Below, in pieces: positions 1 to 10,088 of a stretch of 64,000 nucleotides of DNA. The notes below the pieces were generated by a model. It saw only the letters and a list, made by a program, of their open reading frames with translations, was not told the DNA's origin and ran no database searches. Source of the DNA: Candidatus Eiseniibacteriota bacterium (lineage in GTDB: Bacteria; Eisenbacteria; RBG-16-71-46; CAIMUX01; VGJL01); assembly GCA_963792585.1 (NCBI GenBank), contig CAWBWI010000001.1:96001-160000 (forward strand), given 5' to 3'. The position numbers were made by a program, and so were the translations under genes. Positions within the stretch are counted from its first letter, which is position 1. Each line of letters begins with the position of its first letter.

Positions 1-96
1 TGCCACTCCGGACTCGCCTCCGCGGTAGCTCGGCACTGATGCCCCCAGGGGCACCGTCTGATGGGAATGCCGGTGGGGAGTCCCCAAGAGGTCCTG

Positions 97-2793
97 CTAG
101 AACCGCGCCTCGACCCCCAGCAACACCTGCCGCCCGGCGGTGAGCGTCTGCGGATTGTTCACCTGCGCCGTCGCCGAGCCGTTGCCCATGTCCACGATGT
201 AACCGCCGGTGTTGTTCCTCTCGTGGTAGTAGGCGAGGAAGTTCGCGCTGCTCACCCTCATCGGATAGACGCCGAAGTCGAACGTCGGAATCCGGCGGTT
301 GAGCAGGTTGCGCACCTCCGCCAAGATCTGGATGCCGACCGCGGCGGGCCTCGGTCCCCATCGAAGCGCCAGGTCGATCGCGAACGGTTGCGGGAGGGTC
401 CCCTTGAGGCGCTGCGCTTCCGTGCAGTCACGCGGCTTGATGCAGATCGAATAGGGACGGCCCGTGTCCCACGCCACCGTCGCCGTCGCGAGAAGTCCGG
501 CGGCGGCATGCCAGGAGAGCCAGCTCCGCGCGAAGAGGCGACGGCTCCAGGGGACCTCCACGCCGTTGTTCGTCGTGTTGGACCAGACCAGGCTCGACTG
601 CCCCACGAGCTTCGAGGAGAGCTGGTGATCCACCACGACCTCGAGGCCCATCGTGTCGATGAACTGCGGCGGCAGCGTGCGCACGCCGAACGCCGCCTCT
701 AACTCGCTCAGGCTTCTCGTGGAGAAGACGATCTCGCCGTATTCGCGCTGGTACATCCCGATCGACGCGACCATCTCGCGGCCGACGTGGTGCTGGATGC
801 CGACCTCGTAGAAGCGAAGGCGCTGGGCCGCCAGATCGATGCCGAGATCCGGGTCCGGCGCCGCGTTGAAGTAGGGCTGCAGAACGGGGAACTGGTAGGC
901 CAGTCCCGCCTGCATGTGGAAGGCGTCGCGCTCGGTCATCGGCTGGTGGAATGCGATTACCGGTGACCAGGTCGATCCGAAGGACGAGCCCGCCCCCAGC
1001 CGGACTTTGCGGAAGTCGTACCGAAGGCCGAGCTTCATCGATGAGAGTCGATCGTTGGACCAGGTCTCCTCGAGATAGCCATAGCCGTCCAGCGCCTCGA
1101 GCTCTCGATCCCTGGAGCCGACGATAGTCGCCGTCGGCGTGACGGTCAGCCAGCGGTGCCGCCCGCTGGTGACTCCCATCCCGAGTTTGATCCTGTGGGA
1201 TTCCGCGACGCGGGCGGATCCCGATCCGCCGATCTGCCCTTCATTGCTCGTGCCCCACGAATACTCCGGGATGAAGCCATGGGTCGCATAGAACCACTCC
1301 TCCTGGTGGGTGGTCCTCGTGATCCAGCGACGCGTCCAGGTGCGGATGAGATCGGCGGTCGACAGGTCGATCCCATCGAAGGAGGTGTCGAGCCGGTGGC
1401 GGCCATAGAGGGCATGCAAGCGCACGGAGGATTGGGATGTGGGGCGCGCCGTCAGAACCAGAAGTCCCAGAGTGGAGCGCGCATCGGATACCGGCACCGC
1501 ATGGGGACCGTCGTAGAAGACCGCACTGTCGGCGTCGGCCGGATCGGCCAGGAACGTCGTATAGCGGTCGTAGGCCGGATTGAATCCGACCCAGCCCGAT
1601 TCCGCGTAGTGATGGTGGTAGTCTTTGCGCCGATCGCGCGCGTGGACCATGGCGGCGGTCACCTTCGTCGCGCCTTCCGGCCGGCGGTAGGTGAGCTTCA
1701 CCGATGCGGCCTCGTTGCCCTCCATCCGCGGGCCGATCGAGATCGTGCCGAGGACCGACTGCTCCGGCCGGGCATGGTCGTAGTGGAACTGCGCGTCGGT
1801 CGCGGTTCCCTGCCAGGACCCGGAGTAGAAGAGATCGCGAAGCGGCGTGGGACCCGAGACGCCGATCTCCGCGATGTCGGTGCGGCGGGACGATTCGCCG
1901 GACATGTCGAGGCGATCGGTGCGATAGCTCGCGCGGGCACCCGTGTGGATGTCGCCTTCCGCCAAACGAAACGACATCACGCTCCCCAGGGCGGTCGCGT
2001 ATTCCGCGCCGAAGGCCTCCGAGACCAGCTCCGCCGAACTGATTGCCTGCGGCGGAGGCAGCACCCATCGTCCCAGGATCGGCTCGCGGACCGGCACGCC
2101 GTCGATCAGGGGGACGACCTGCTCGAGACCCACGCCCCGGAAGAAGGGGCGGTCCCCGCTCACGGTCACACCGGGAAGAAGCTTCACGACGTCGGCGAGT
2201 CGATCCAGCGAGAACTCCCGCAAGATCGCGGGGTGGATCGCATAGCTCGCCCGCTCACCCGAGGTGAGCGGCGTCACCGGCGGCGCCTCCGCGAGCACCT
2301 CCCCCATGAGGTAGGTGCGATGCGCCATGCGGATCGTCACGTTTCCGCTGGATGGTTGCGTGGACGCCTGAATCGAGGGCTTCGAGCGGGGGAGGTAGGA
2401 CACGTGGCGGACCTCGAGGACGTAGGTGCCGGGCGGGATCGAGGCGAACCGAAACCGACCTTCGGAATCCGTGACCCGGGTGTTCTCCGTGGACTGGCCG
2501 CTCTCCGCGCCGGGCGCGTTCTGCGTGCCGACGATGCGGACCGTTGCGTTCGCGATCGGCTCCATTGTCAGAGAGTCGAGGACCGTCCCTTCGATCGTGG
2601 CGAGTGGGGTGCGGTCAGCGTCCGGCTGCGGGGGTGGGGAATCGATGGCGGCGAGTGCTGCGGGCGCGACGGGAGTTGCGGCCGCCGCGTGCGCAACCGG
2701 CGGCAGGGCGAGGATGGCGAGGCTTGCCAGGATCGTGAGGGCCGCCGGAATCGCGGCACGCAGGAAGGACCCCTTGCGTCGCATGGGGCGCAT
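97..2793 (-). CDS. TonB-dependent receptor-like outer-membrane protein with N-terminal carboxypeptidase-regulatory-like domain
   Basis: Signal peptide; IEGTVLDS..PIANATVRI..TDSEGRFRF..PPGTY.LEV domain; plug-like LLPGV..FRG..IDGVPV..FGAEY; barrel strands ending GRQVLLGVEARF. ATG 2793 follows GGGAGG; the ORF track starts at 2805. Confidence 0.85.
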   Translation of the reverse strand: MRPMRRKGSFLRAAIPAALTILASLAILALPPVAHAAAATPVAPAALAAIDSPPPQPDADRTPLATIEGTVLDSLTMEPIANATVRIVGTQNAPGAESGQSTENTRVTDSEGRFRFASIPPGTYVLEVRHVSYLPRSKPSIQASTQPSSGNVTIRMAHRTYLMGEVLAEAPPVTPLTSGERASYAIHPAILREFSLDRLADVVKLLPGVTVSGDRPFFRGVGLEQVVPLIDGVPVREPILGRWVLPPPQAISSAELVSEAFGAEYATALGSVMSFRLAEGDIHTGARASYRTDRLDMSGESSRRTDIAEIGVSGPTPLRDLFYSGSWQGTATDAQFHYDHARPEQSVLGTISIGPRMEGNEAASVKLTYRRPEGATKVTAAMVHARDRRKDYHHHYAESGWVGFNPAYDRYTTFLADPADADSAVFYDGPHAVPVSDARSTLGLLVLTARPTSQSSVRLHALYGRHRLDTSFDGIDLSTADLIRTWTRRWITRTTHQEEWFYATHGFIPEYSWGTSNEGQIGGSGSARVAESHRIKLGMGVTSGRHRWLTVTPTATIVGSRDRELEALDGYGYLEETWSNDRLSSMKLGLRYDFRKVRLGAGSSFGSTWSPVIAFHQPMTERDAFHMQAGLAYQFPVLQPYFNAAPDPDLGIDLAAQRLRFYEVGIQHHVGREMVASIGMYQREYGEIVFSTRSLSELEAAFGVRTLPPQFIDTMGLEVVVDHQLSSKLVGQSSLVWSNTTNNGVEVPWSRRLFARSWLSWHAAAGLLATATVAWDTGRPYSICIKPRDCTEAQRLKGTLPQPFAIDLALRWGPRPAAVGIQILAEVRNLLNRRIPTFDFGVYPMRVSSANFLAYYHERNNTGGYIVDMGNGSATAQVNNPQTLTAGRQVLLGVEARF

Positions 2794-2957
2794 CGACACA
2801 GCCACCTCCCGAATTCAACCCATCGAAGGCAACCCCGCGCGAGCGAGTGTGGCACTGCGGGGGGAGGGGGACAAGGTGAAACTGGATCCTCCTCTCGCGG
2901 CCAAGAGGGCATCGCGGGACACGTGGGGAGCGTGTGCGCGTGTTCGGAAGCGAGAAG

Positions 2958-2993
2958 GGGGCACCCGCCGCCGACTGGCTGCGCGGGTGCCCC
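2958..2993 (-). terminator. Intrinsic terminator-like hairpin
   Basis: Perfect 11-bp stem GGGGCACCCGC...GCGGGTGCCCC followed on the minus strand by CTTCTCGCTT, just after the stop at 3028. Confidence 0.6.
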
Positions 2994-3027
2994 ACAAGAA
3001 GCGGTGCGTATCGAACGCGCTGAACGT

Positions 3028-6000
3028 CTACCGGATCACGAGCATCCTCCGCTTCGAGGTCGTCTGGCCGCCCTCCCCGGAGGTGGTCATGCGACAGAAG
3101 TAGATTCCGCTCGGCAGTTCGCCGGTGTCGAACTCGACCTGATGCCGGCCTGGGAGGTAGCTCGTCTTGTCGATGAGCATGGCGACCTCCCGTCCGGAGA
3201 CGTCGTAGACCTGCAGAGTGACCTGCGTGGCCTTCGGCAACTCGAACTGCATGGTGGTGTGCGACTGGAAGGGATTCGGGACGACACGGAGCACCGCCTC
3301 CCCTTCCGCAATGAGGTCGAGCGGCCCTGTCGCGTCAGCAACGCCGACGCCGCCCGTCGTCACCTGGAACCCCTCGCCGCCGTCGGGGACGGTGGAGGTG
3401 CTGGTGAACTGGGTGAGGTAGACATTGAACGTACGGTGCTCCGGGAACTGATTCGGGTCGTTCATCTCCCATCGCGTTGCGAGCGTCCCGGTCTGCAAGG
3501 ACCCCATCGGAATGCCTGCGATCACTGCGTTCGGGCCGGTCACGAGCATGGTTGAGTCGGGCAGGAGCTCGAAGCCGCTCCCTTGGTGGCCCGCGCCATA
3601 CCAGCGATTGAAGAGACCCTGCTCCATGGTGATCCAGAGCCTTCCATAGTTGAAGTAGGAGTCGGCCAGCTCCTCTTGGGGAACGGTCACGACCAGCTTC
3701 AACTGCGCGGCGTTCGCCTGGACGTTCTGGATGTTCAGGACCTGCTGGATGTTGGCTGACTTGTTGAGGACGTTGTCCACGAGCGTCAGGTTCTTGAGAG
3801 CGATGTTGTTGCTGTTCGCGACGTTGCCCCCGACGGACACATTCTGCTGCTCTCCATTCACCGGATCCTGAGCGGACTCGAACCGGGCGAGCAGACAGAA
3901 GTGGGGATCGCCGTTGAAAATGTTGTTGTTGAAATCGGGCATGTCGGTCCAATGACGCTCCACGGACCAGACCGCTCCGGGCAGAAGATTCGTGATCTGG
4001 ATCGGTTGGGTTCCCGTCCCCCCGACGATGTTGCCGGAGGTTCCATTCGTGAAGCTCGATGGCCAGATGAGACCGGTCGACGACTGTGCCCAGTAGAGCT
4101 GAACGGTCCCGGTCAGCGGGACGCTGCCGTCGTTGCGGATCTTCGTATAGACCCAAGGCCGGTTCGCCGGGATCACGGCGTACTCCGGGTTCTCGTGCAC
4201 GTGTTCCTTGAGGAAACGATCCGGAGAGGTGTTGAACTGCGTGTCCCGCGTGTTCTGCACCCATATGTCGGGGCTGAGATACAAGATGGGGCACGACGCG
4301 TCAGGTTCCACGCCGGTATCGGCCAGGCAGTCCCGGATGTAACCATCCGTCCCATTCACCCGCACCCCGCCGTCGACCATGTACGACTCCCAGAGCGCCC
4401 GGCCGTGGGTGGCCGCCCGGATCTTGTTGGTCGTGTAGTTCGGCTCGATGTCCACGACGATCGCATCCGGCATCTGGTTCTTGAAGGGCTGCCATTGGGA
4501 CATCGATGCGTCGCGATAGTAGACGCCGACATCGGTTCCGATGTAGAGACCATCATTGCTGCCCATCTCGTAGGAGATGCAGTTGACGGGCATGTTCGGG
4601 AGGTTGTCCGTGTAGTCCGCCCATCCCGCGGTGGGCGAGTAGCTCATCACCTTGTAGATGGTCTGGCCCGCGTTTGCCCACAAACCTCTGAAGGAGGCCC
4701 AGATTCTGTTGGGGTCTTTCGGATCGCTTGCGATTCCACTGATTTCCTGCCAATCCGCCCCCACGGGTTGGGTGGACAGAGGCTGCCAGTTGAGCCCGCC
4801 GTCGTTGCTCCTGAAGACCTTCTGATACCTGTTGGGATCGTTCTGTGGTGGATAGACGGCGCAGCATTCGGAGAAGTGCACAACGTCCGGATCGCTGAAG
4901 TTGATGTCGATCGCCTGAATCGATTGGTCGAGGGCCGCGTCATTCGAACCCCCGCTTCCGGCCGTCCAGTTCGATCCTTTGTTTGAGCTTCGCCAGATCT
5001 TGTGCAGGCCCGTCCAGATAGTGCTGGAGTTGACCGGGTGCATGGCGAGAGGAGGCGGGGCGTTCGCGAATGCCGCAGTGCCGGCGGGGCTGATGTATTG
5101 CCAGTTGTACCCATCGTCCTGGGTCCTGGAAGGCAAGCACGTAATGGAGCCGTACATCGTGGTGGGGTTCGTAGGATCGATCATCCCGCGACCCCCGTCG
5201 CCGTAGGAAGTGTCGACCCACGTCCCGGAGTCGTAGATCATCGTCGAGAGATCCTGCAGTCCCCCGACGAGCTTGTCGTGAGCGGGCCCCTCTGCGCCGC
5301 CGAATCCATAGAACTCAGAGATGTTCAGCCCGTAGCCGTTCAGGTCGAGCCACGTCGCTCCGGCGTTCGTGGACTTGGAGATGCCTCCATCATGGACGGC
5401 GAAGACAATGTCGCTTGCCCCTCCAAAGACCTGAAGCGCGCGGACATCCGCGTGGACGTACGTCGGGTCCACCGGGGCGTAACCATGGGTGATCGCGCTC
5501 CAGCTGACGCCGCCATCGACGGACTTGTACATGATGTAGTTGCCGGCGTACATGACGCTGGAGCTGGCAGGCGAAACGGCAAATCCACCCCAGCTGGCGG
5601 GCGCGGAGTTGCTGACCTGGGTCCACCCCGTCAGACCGGGGGAGGATGCGCGGAGAATGTAGTTCGTCCCCGATTTCGCCGAGACGGCCGCCCAGATCGT
5701 GTTCGGATCGTTCGAGCGGAAGCCGAGCAGGATGCCGGCGACGTCCGTGGCCGCGATCGGCGGCGAGGTCGGAAGTACGAGGTTCGGCGTCAAGTTCGTC
5801 CAGTTCGTGTCGTTGGTGGGTGTTGTTGCGGTCCAGGTGTACCAGAGCTGATTTCCGGAGACGTACACGTGGTCCTTACCGCCGGCCCCCGGCTTCGAGT
5901 AGACGCCGTGAAAGTCCGCGCCGGGAACGGTGAATACGGGGGTCGGGTTGGGGCTGGACGTCTTGGTGAAGGTCGTCCCACCATCCGTGGTCTGGTAGAT

Positions 6001-7356
6001 CTTCGAGGCGGAGACGGCGTACATGAGGTTCACGTTGTTCGGGTCGGGGAGCAGGAGCTTGCGAACGAACTCGGGCCACCCGGTCCCAGGCGTGTAGGAG
6101 AGACCTGTCTGGTTCCAGGTCAATCCGTCGTCGGGGGAGACGATCAGCCCGTACGCGTACTCCACGTAGCGGATGTTGATCGTTGCAAGGAACAGCCTGC
6201 CATCGGGGGTCTTCAGAATATCGCCAATACCGAAGTTGGACGGGTAGTTGCCATCGCGTGGGGCCCAGTGCGCGCCGCCGTCCGTGGTCTTCCAGAGGCC
6301 GCCGGAGCCGCTCCCGACGTAGAGGGTCTGCAGCCCGGGATCTCCCCAGAACGAGAAGAGGGCCCCCTTGCCCGTGATGTACCCCCCTCGGATCCCGGGA
6401 TTGGTGAACGGACCCAGTTCCTGCCAGCTTGCCTGGACCTGTGAGACGGGCGGCCTCTGTTCCGGCGAGTGGATGTAATCGTAGAGGGCGCTGTTCGCCG
6501 CATGAAGGGAACCCGAGGCGTCCATTCGCGGCCGCCAGAAGGCGGCATAGTTGGCGTACCCCATCCAGAGGTCTTCGCTGCCGACCAAGCTGTCATTCTG
6601 CGCGAAGAATTCGTCGGCGAGGGCCATCGTTGTTTGGGCGTTCGCGTGGTTGTCGCGCATCATCTCGCGCCAGTCCGCTGTCGGAGTCGGGGCCGCTTCG
6701 AAGACCATGCTGGCGTCGTAGTTCGATCCCAGCACGATGTGGGCCGGGGTCCACTCGGGATAACCGAGGTACGCGCTCTTGAAGACGCTCTCACACCCCT
6801 GCACGGACGCGGCCGCCAGCCAACCCCACTGGGGCGGAAAGGGGTGATCGTTCGCCTGGACGGAGAACCAGATGCGTGTGTTGGCCGGCACGTCCCAGCG
6901 AACGTCCGCGTGGTACTCGTACAGGGGCGTGGTGCCCTGTTGATAGACGAAGGTCTCATTCGCCGGGAACGGAATGCTGTATTGCGCGATGGCGGATGTC
7001 GGCAGACAGCTGGCGTCGTTGTAGAAGCGGACGGTGAAGCTGGAGATATGGGGGAATCCCGGCTGGGTGTTGAAGTATCCTCCCCACCACTGCACCCGGG
7101 TGAGCGTGACCATGGAGCCGGTCTGTCCCGACAAGACAAAGTCGTTCGCTACCTGCGACTCGAACCCTCCCGAGCTGATCACCTCGGAACTCGCGACGAT
7201 TCCGTTCAGATTGGGTGGCTGGGACCACACCGCGTCCCTCGTGCCGGCCAGCGGGTTGGATGACCCCTCGCCGCCGGCGCCCTTCATGTAGTCCGCTGCG
7301 AACGCAGGGGGCGCCACGCAAGCAATCAGGACAAGCAGGGAAATCGCGTAACTCAT
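3028..7356 (-). CDS. Large secreted BNR/Asp-box (VPS10/sialidase-like propeller) protein with T9SS-type C-terminal domain
   Basis: Signal peptide; many S/T-x-D-G-G-x-x-W boxes (KTTDGGAHW, KSVDGGVSW, RSNDGGLNW); LYIGTDVGVY..AATHGRALW; C-terminus VVPNPF..VYDVSGREVAML..LPSGIYFCRM..RRMLVIR. Confidence 0.85.
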   Translation of the reverse strand: MSYAISLLVLIACVAPPAFAADYMKGAGGEGSSNPLAGTRDAVWSQPPNLNGIVASSEVISSGGFESQVANDFVLSGQTGSMVTLTRVQWWGGYFNTQPGFPHISSFTVRFYNDASCLPTSAIAQYSIPFPANETFVYQQGTTPLYEYHADVRWDVPANTRIWFSVQANDHPFPPQWGWLAAASVQGCESVFKSAYLGYPEWTPAHIVLGSNYDASMVFEAAPTPTADWREMMRDNHANAQTTMALADEFFAQNDSLVGSEDLWMGYANYAAFWRPRMDASGSLHAANSALYDYIHSPEQRPPVSQVQASWQELGPFTNPGIRGGYITGKGALFSFWGDPGLQTLYVGSGSGGLWKTTDGGAHWAPRDGNYPSNFGIGDILKTPDGRLFLATINIRYVEYAYGLIVSPDDGLTWNQTGLSYTPGTGWPEFVRKLLLPDPNNVNLMYAVSASKIYQTTDGGTTFTKTSSPNPTPVFTVPGADFHGVYSKPGAGGKDHVYVSGNQLWYTWTATTPTNDTNWTNLTPNLVLPTSPPIAATDVAGILLGFRSNDPNTIWAAVSAKSGTNYILRASSPGLTGWTQVSNSAPASWGGFAVSPASSSVMYAGNYIMYKSVDGGVSWSAITHGYAPVDPTYVHADVRALQVFGGASDIVFAVHDGGISKSTNAGATWLDLNGYGLNISEFYGFGGAEGPAHDKLVGGLQDLSTMIYDSGTWVDTSYGDGGRGMIDPTNPTTMYGSITCLPSRTQDDGYNWQYISPAGTAAFANAPPPLAMHPVNSSTIWTGLHKIWRSSNKGSNWTAGSGGSNDAALDQSIQAIDINFSDPDVVHFSECCAVYPPQNDPNRYQKVFRSNDGGLNWQPLSTQPVGADWQEISGIASDPKDPNRIWASFRGLWANAGQTIYKVMSYSPTAGWADYTDNLPNMPVNCISYEMGSNDGLYIGTDVGVYYRDASMSQWQPFKNQMPDAIVVDIEPNYTTNKIRAATHGRALWESYMVDGGVRVNGTDGYIRDCLADTGVEPDASCPILYLSPDIWVQNTRDTQFNTSPDRFLKEHVHENPEYAVIPANRPWVYTKIRNDGSVPLTGTVQLYWAQSSTGLIWPSSFTNGTSGNIVGGTGTQPIQITNLLPGAVWSVERHWTDMPDFNNNIFNGDPHFCLLARFESAQDPVNGEQQNVSVGGNVANSNNIALKNLTLVDNVLNKSANIQQVLNIQNVQANAAQLKLVVTVPQEELADSYFNYGRLWITMEQGLFNRWYGAGHQGSGFELLPDSTMLVTGPNAVIAGIPMGSLQTGTLATRWEMNDPNQFPEHRTFNVYLTQFTSTSTVPDGGEGFQVTTGGVGVADATGPLDLIAEGEAVLRVVPNPFQSHTTMQFELPKATQVTLQVYDVSGREVAMLIDKTSYLPGRHQVEFDTGELPSGIYFCRMTTSGEGGQTTSKRRMLVIR

Positions 7357-7824
7357 CTTTACTCATCTCCATGGTCCAAGCAGGGCGTTGCCGATTCGCC
7401 CCCTGATTCACTTCGTGATGGGTTCTCCTCGGAGGCGGTTGAACCTAGGAGTACTGATTTGTGGGGGAGGGCTAACAAGTGATTGCTGTCACGAGGTGTT
7501 GGTCGGGGCGGGCGAGGCGCCGGTTGTCTTCCCGCAGAAGATTCTCAGACGTGGAACTCAGTGGGATTGGCGCCTAGCTGAGGCATGAACCTACCGGGGA
7601 CCTACGCAGCAGGGCTCTTGAAAGCTCATGGAGGGGTAGTCACGGATTCCGACCAGGCGAAAGGCGAATTGGTGGCTGACTCGGCAGGAGTCATCCGATA
7701 AGGCGGCGGAGCGTCTCCTAGGCTCCGGCGACCGTATGCGGCGAGGGATCTGCGGGGTTGTCGCGGAGTACGGGTGACGCTCGAGCCTGCGGATGGCCGC
7801 AGCTTTCGTGCCTTGACTCCGCCT

Positions 7825-9351
7825 TCACCGGAAGGCCGCCTTGACCCGGCCCCATGTGGTGCGCTCCACGGGCGTCGACGCGCACGGGTATGGATCGCAG
7901 GGCACACCGTCTCCCTGGTACTCCCCATCAAGATCATCACACTCCTCTGGCGTCGTGATCTCGCAGGATCGAGTGCCGTAGATGCAACAGGCTCCCAAGT
8001 GGGGATGCGTGCAGTCTTCTGTCTGGCAATCCGTACCAGACCCCATCGGATGCCCGCCGTGCGCGAGGCATTCCTCCGGCGTCAGGTAGTCACAGCTCCC
8101 GTCAGGGAAGCAGCACGCCTGCGGTGGCTGCGGGCAAGGGTTCGGGTCACAATCCGTGCCGTATCCCTGGGGTTCGCCGTTGAGCTGATCACAGACCGCT
8201 GCGGTTTCGAAGCGGCAGTCTCCATTGTCCAAGCAGCAAGCCATCGACGGCTGTGGGCAGGGGCTCGGGTCGCAGAGGACGAACATTCCATGGAAGATGC
8301 CCCCCTGCTCGAGGCAATGAGACCATTGCTCATAGATGCACGACCCATCCGGGAAGCAGCAGGCGCCATCCACGCCCATACACGGATTCGGCTCGCACGG
8401 CATGTCCATTCCCTGCCAGAAACCTCCCTGCTGCCGGCACTCATCGGCTGTCACGGCGACGCAGCGACCGTCGCCAAGGCAGCATGCGCCCAGAGGTTGT
8501 GGACAGGTATCGTGGGGATAGCAAGGGACGAAGTCTCCCTGGTAATCCCCGCCATCTTCAGCGCACTCAATGCAGTTGAGAGCCCGGCAGCGCCCATCGT
8601 GGAAGCAGCAGGCGCCCACCACCTCCACGCAGGGATTCGGGTCGCACGGGACTCCGAGGGTGAAGATGCCTCCCAAGTCGGTGCATTCCGTCTCCGGCCA
8701 AGTGATCTGGCACCGTCCATCACAGAGGCAGCAAGCACCGAAGGGGTCCATATAGATCGGGCATTGATTCGTGCCTGTCCCGTCCCAGCGCACGACCCCG
8801 AAGTTCGTGCAAAGGTCCTCTTGCGCTGGGCCGGCGTCGTCGACGAACTTGGCTTCGTTCGTGCTCGGATACGTGCGCGTGCCGAAATAGGTTCCTGGTC
8901 CCTCGATGTAGAAGACAAAGTAGTAGAAGCGGAATACATGTTCATAGACCGGTGCGCCAAGGGCGATCACGTTGCCGAATCCCCACTCTGGCCAGCCCTC
9001 ATCTCGGAGTTCGATGGGGTACGGCCCGCACGGGCCGAAGGTTTGAAAGGATTCTTGACCCGCCGGGATGTTGTGGTCGATCCCGAACTGGATCGCCGTC
9101 ACGGCAGGCGACATCTCCGGACGGAACGCGGCAAGCAGCCAGATCAACTGCGGGAACTCGAGCCCCTGTGTCCCGTTCGGGTCGAGCTCTTCGCATACGG
9201 TCGGGACCCCGGGAAGCTCGCAGTAGAAGGCCGGGGTGTAGATGACCGTGTTGTCAGCATGGACGACCATCGCGCCGTTCCAGTTACGCCCCGCATAGGC
9301 GGGGCCGCTGAGCAGCGCCAGAGTCAGGAATGCTCCGGTAAGATGCCTCAC
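7825..9351 (-). CDS. Secreted Cys-rich repeat protein with C-terminal TWG tail
   Basis: GTG start after AAAGGAG; signal peptide; seven ~41-aa GACC-x2-DG-x-C repeats; ends STPVERTTWGRVKAAFR. Confidence 0.85.
   Translation of the reverse strand: MRHLTGAFLTLALLSGPAYAGRNWNGAMVVHADNTVIYTPAFYCELPGVPTVCEELDPNGTQGLEFPQLIWLLAAFRPEMSPAVTAIQFGIDHNIPAGQESFQTFGPCGPYPIELRDEGWPEWGFGNVIALGAPVYEHVFRFYYFVFYIEGPGTYFGTRTYPSTNEAKFVDDAGPAQEDLCTNFGVVRWDGTGTNQCPIYMDPFGACCLCDGRCQITWPETECTDLGGIFTLGVPCDPNPCVEVVGACCFHDGRCRALNCIECAEDGGDYQGDFVPCYPHDTCPQPLGACCLGDGRCVAVTADECRQQGGFWQGMDMPCEPNPCMGVDGACCFPDGSCIYEQWSHCLEQGGIFHGMFVLCDPSPCPQPSMACCLDNGDCRFETAAVCDQLNGEPQGYGTDCDPNPCPQPPQACCFPDGSCDYLTPEECLAHGGHPMGSGTDCQTEDCTHPHLGACCIYGTRSCEITTPEECDDLDGEYQGDGVPCDPYPCASTPVERTTWGRVKAAFR
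7880..8745 (-). repeat. Seven coding repeats of ~41 aa, six conserved Cys each
   Basis: Units begin FGACCLCDGRC, VGACCFHDGRC, LGACCLGDGRC, DGACCFPDGSC, SMACCLDNGDC, PQACCFPDGSC, LGACCIYGTRSC; most end CDPNPC-like. Confidence 0.9.
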
Positions 9352-10029
9352 GGCCGTCGGCTCCTTTCCGGTCGGCTGATGAATCTCTCAGCGGCGGCGA
9401 ACAATCCCTCGCGAGGTCGAGACCCAGGCGTACGCGGATCCACCGCTATTTGGACGGCACGATTCTATCACCGTTCCATGCCCGTGGTTGACGAAAAATC
9501 CATCTGGGCGACCTCGTGTCCGCACTCGCCACCGGACCACCAGCTCTCGCGGGAGCCATGCTGCGCCCGGGTGTTCCGGAAGGCGAGTGAGCGTGGGGGA
9601 GTTGCGGCGAGCCGGGTATCCTTCGTGACCTCCCGTCGGCGAAGCTGCCGGAATGGATCTATGCCACGAGCCGGCGCGGACTTCCCGGTCGAAACGATCG
9701 CTGGTCTCGACCGAGAGTTGGATTTCACGCACCGCGCCTGCGCCTCTTCAGTTCTCCATCGATGGGTGGATCGTGGGCGCCGGGGCATGGTGGACGATAT
9801 GGATCCGTGCCGGGGGACTGCTGAAAGGCTCGGCCGATACCGCTGGAAAGCCGAGATTGGATTCCTGTTGCCAGGCCCAGCCGCCTCCTCGCGGCGAACC
9901 AAGCCCCATCCCCTGTCGATCTTACTTCTGCCAAGCAGCGAGGAGCCACCCTCTCGCTTGACTCTCGGTGGTATTGACGAGGAAGGTCGATGCTTCGACG
10001 GCGGATCCTGCTGTCGTACGAGGACAATC

Positions 10030-10062
10030 ATCGGGGGCGTCCCGTGTGGTGGCGCCCCCGAT
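10030..10062 (-). terminator. Terminator-like hairpin
   Basis: ATCGGGGGCG...CGCCCCCGAT inverted repeat ~27 bp after the stop at 10089; weak U-tract. Confidence 0.5.
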
Positions 10063-10088
10063 TCGTGCGCGGGGGATGCGGCCGGGTC

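Noticed and set aside
1156..3555. Long antisense or alternate-frame ORFs (also 7774-10236, 24685-26091, 46565-48502, 58063-59856, 59169-61187)
   Set aside because: Arg/Pro/Gly-rich shadows of well-supported genes, expected at high GC; no motifs.
9360..10030. 670-bp gap that might hold an ncRNA or small gene
   Set aside because: No recognisable RNA motif or credible RBS-ORF by eye; needs a covariance-model search.
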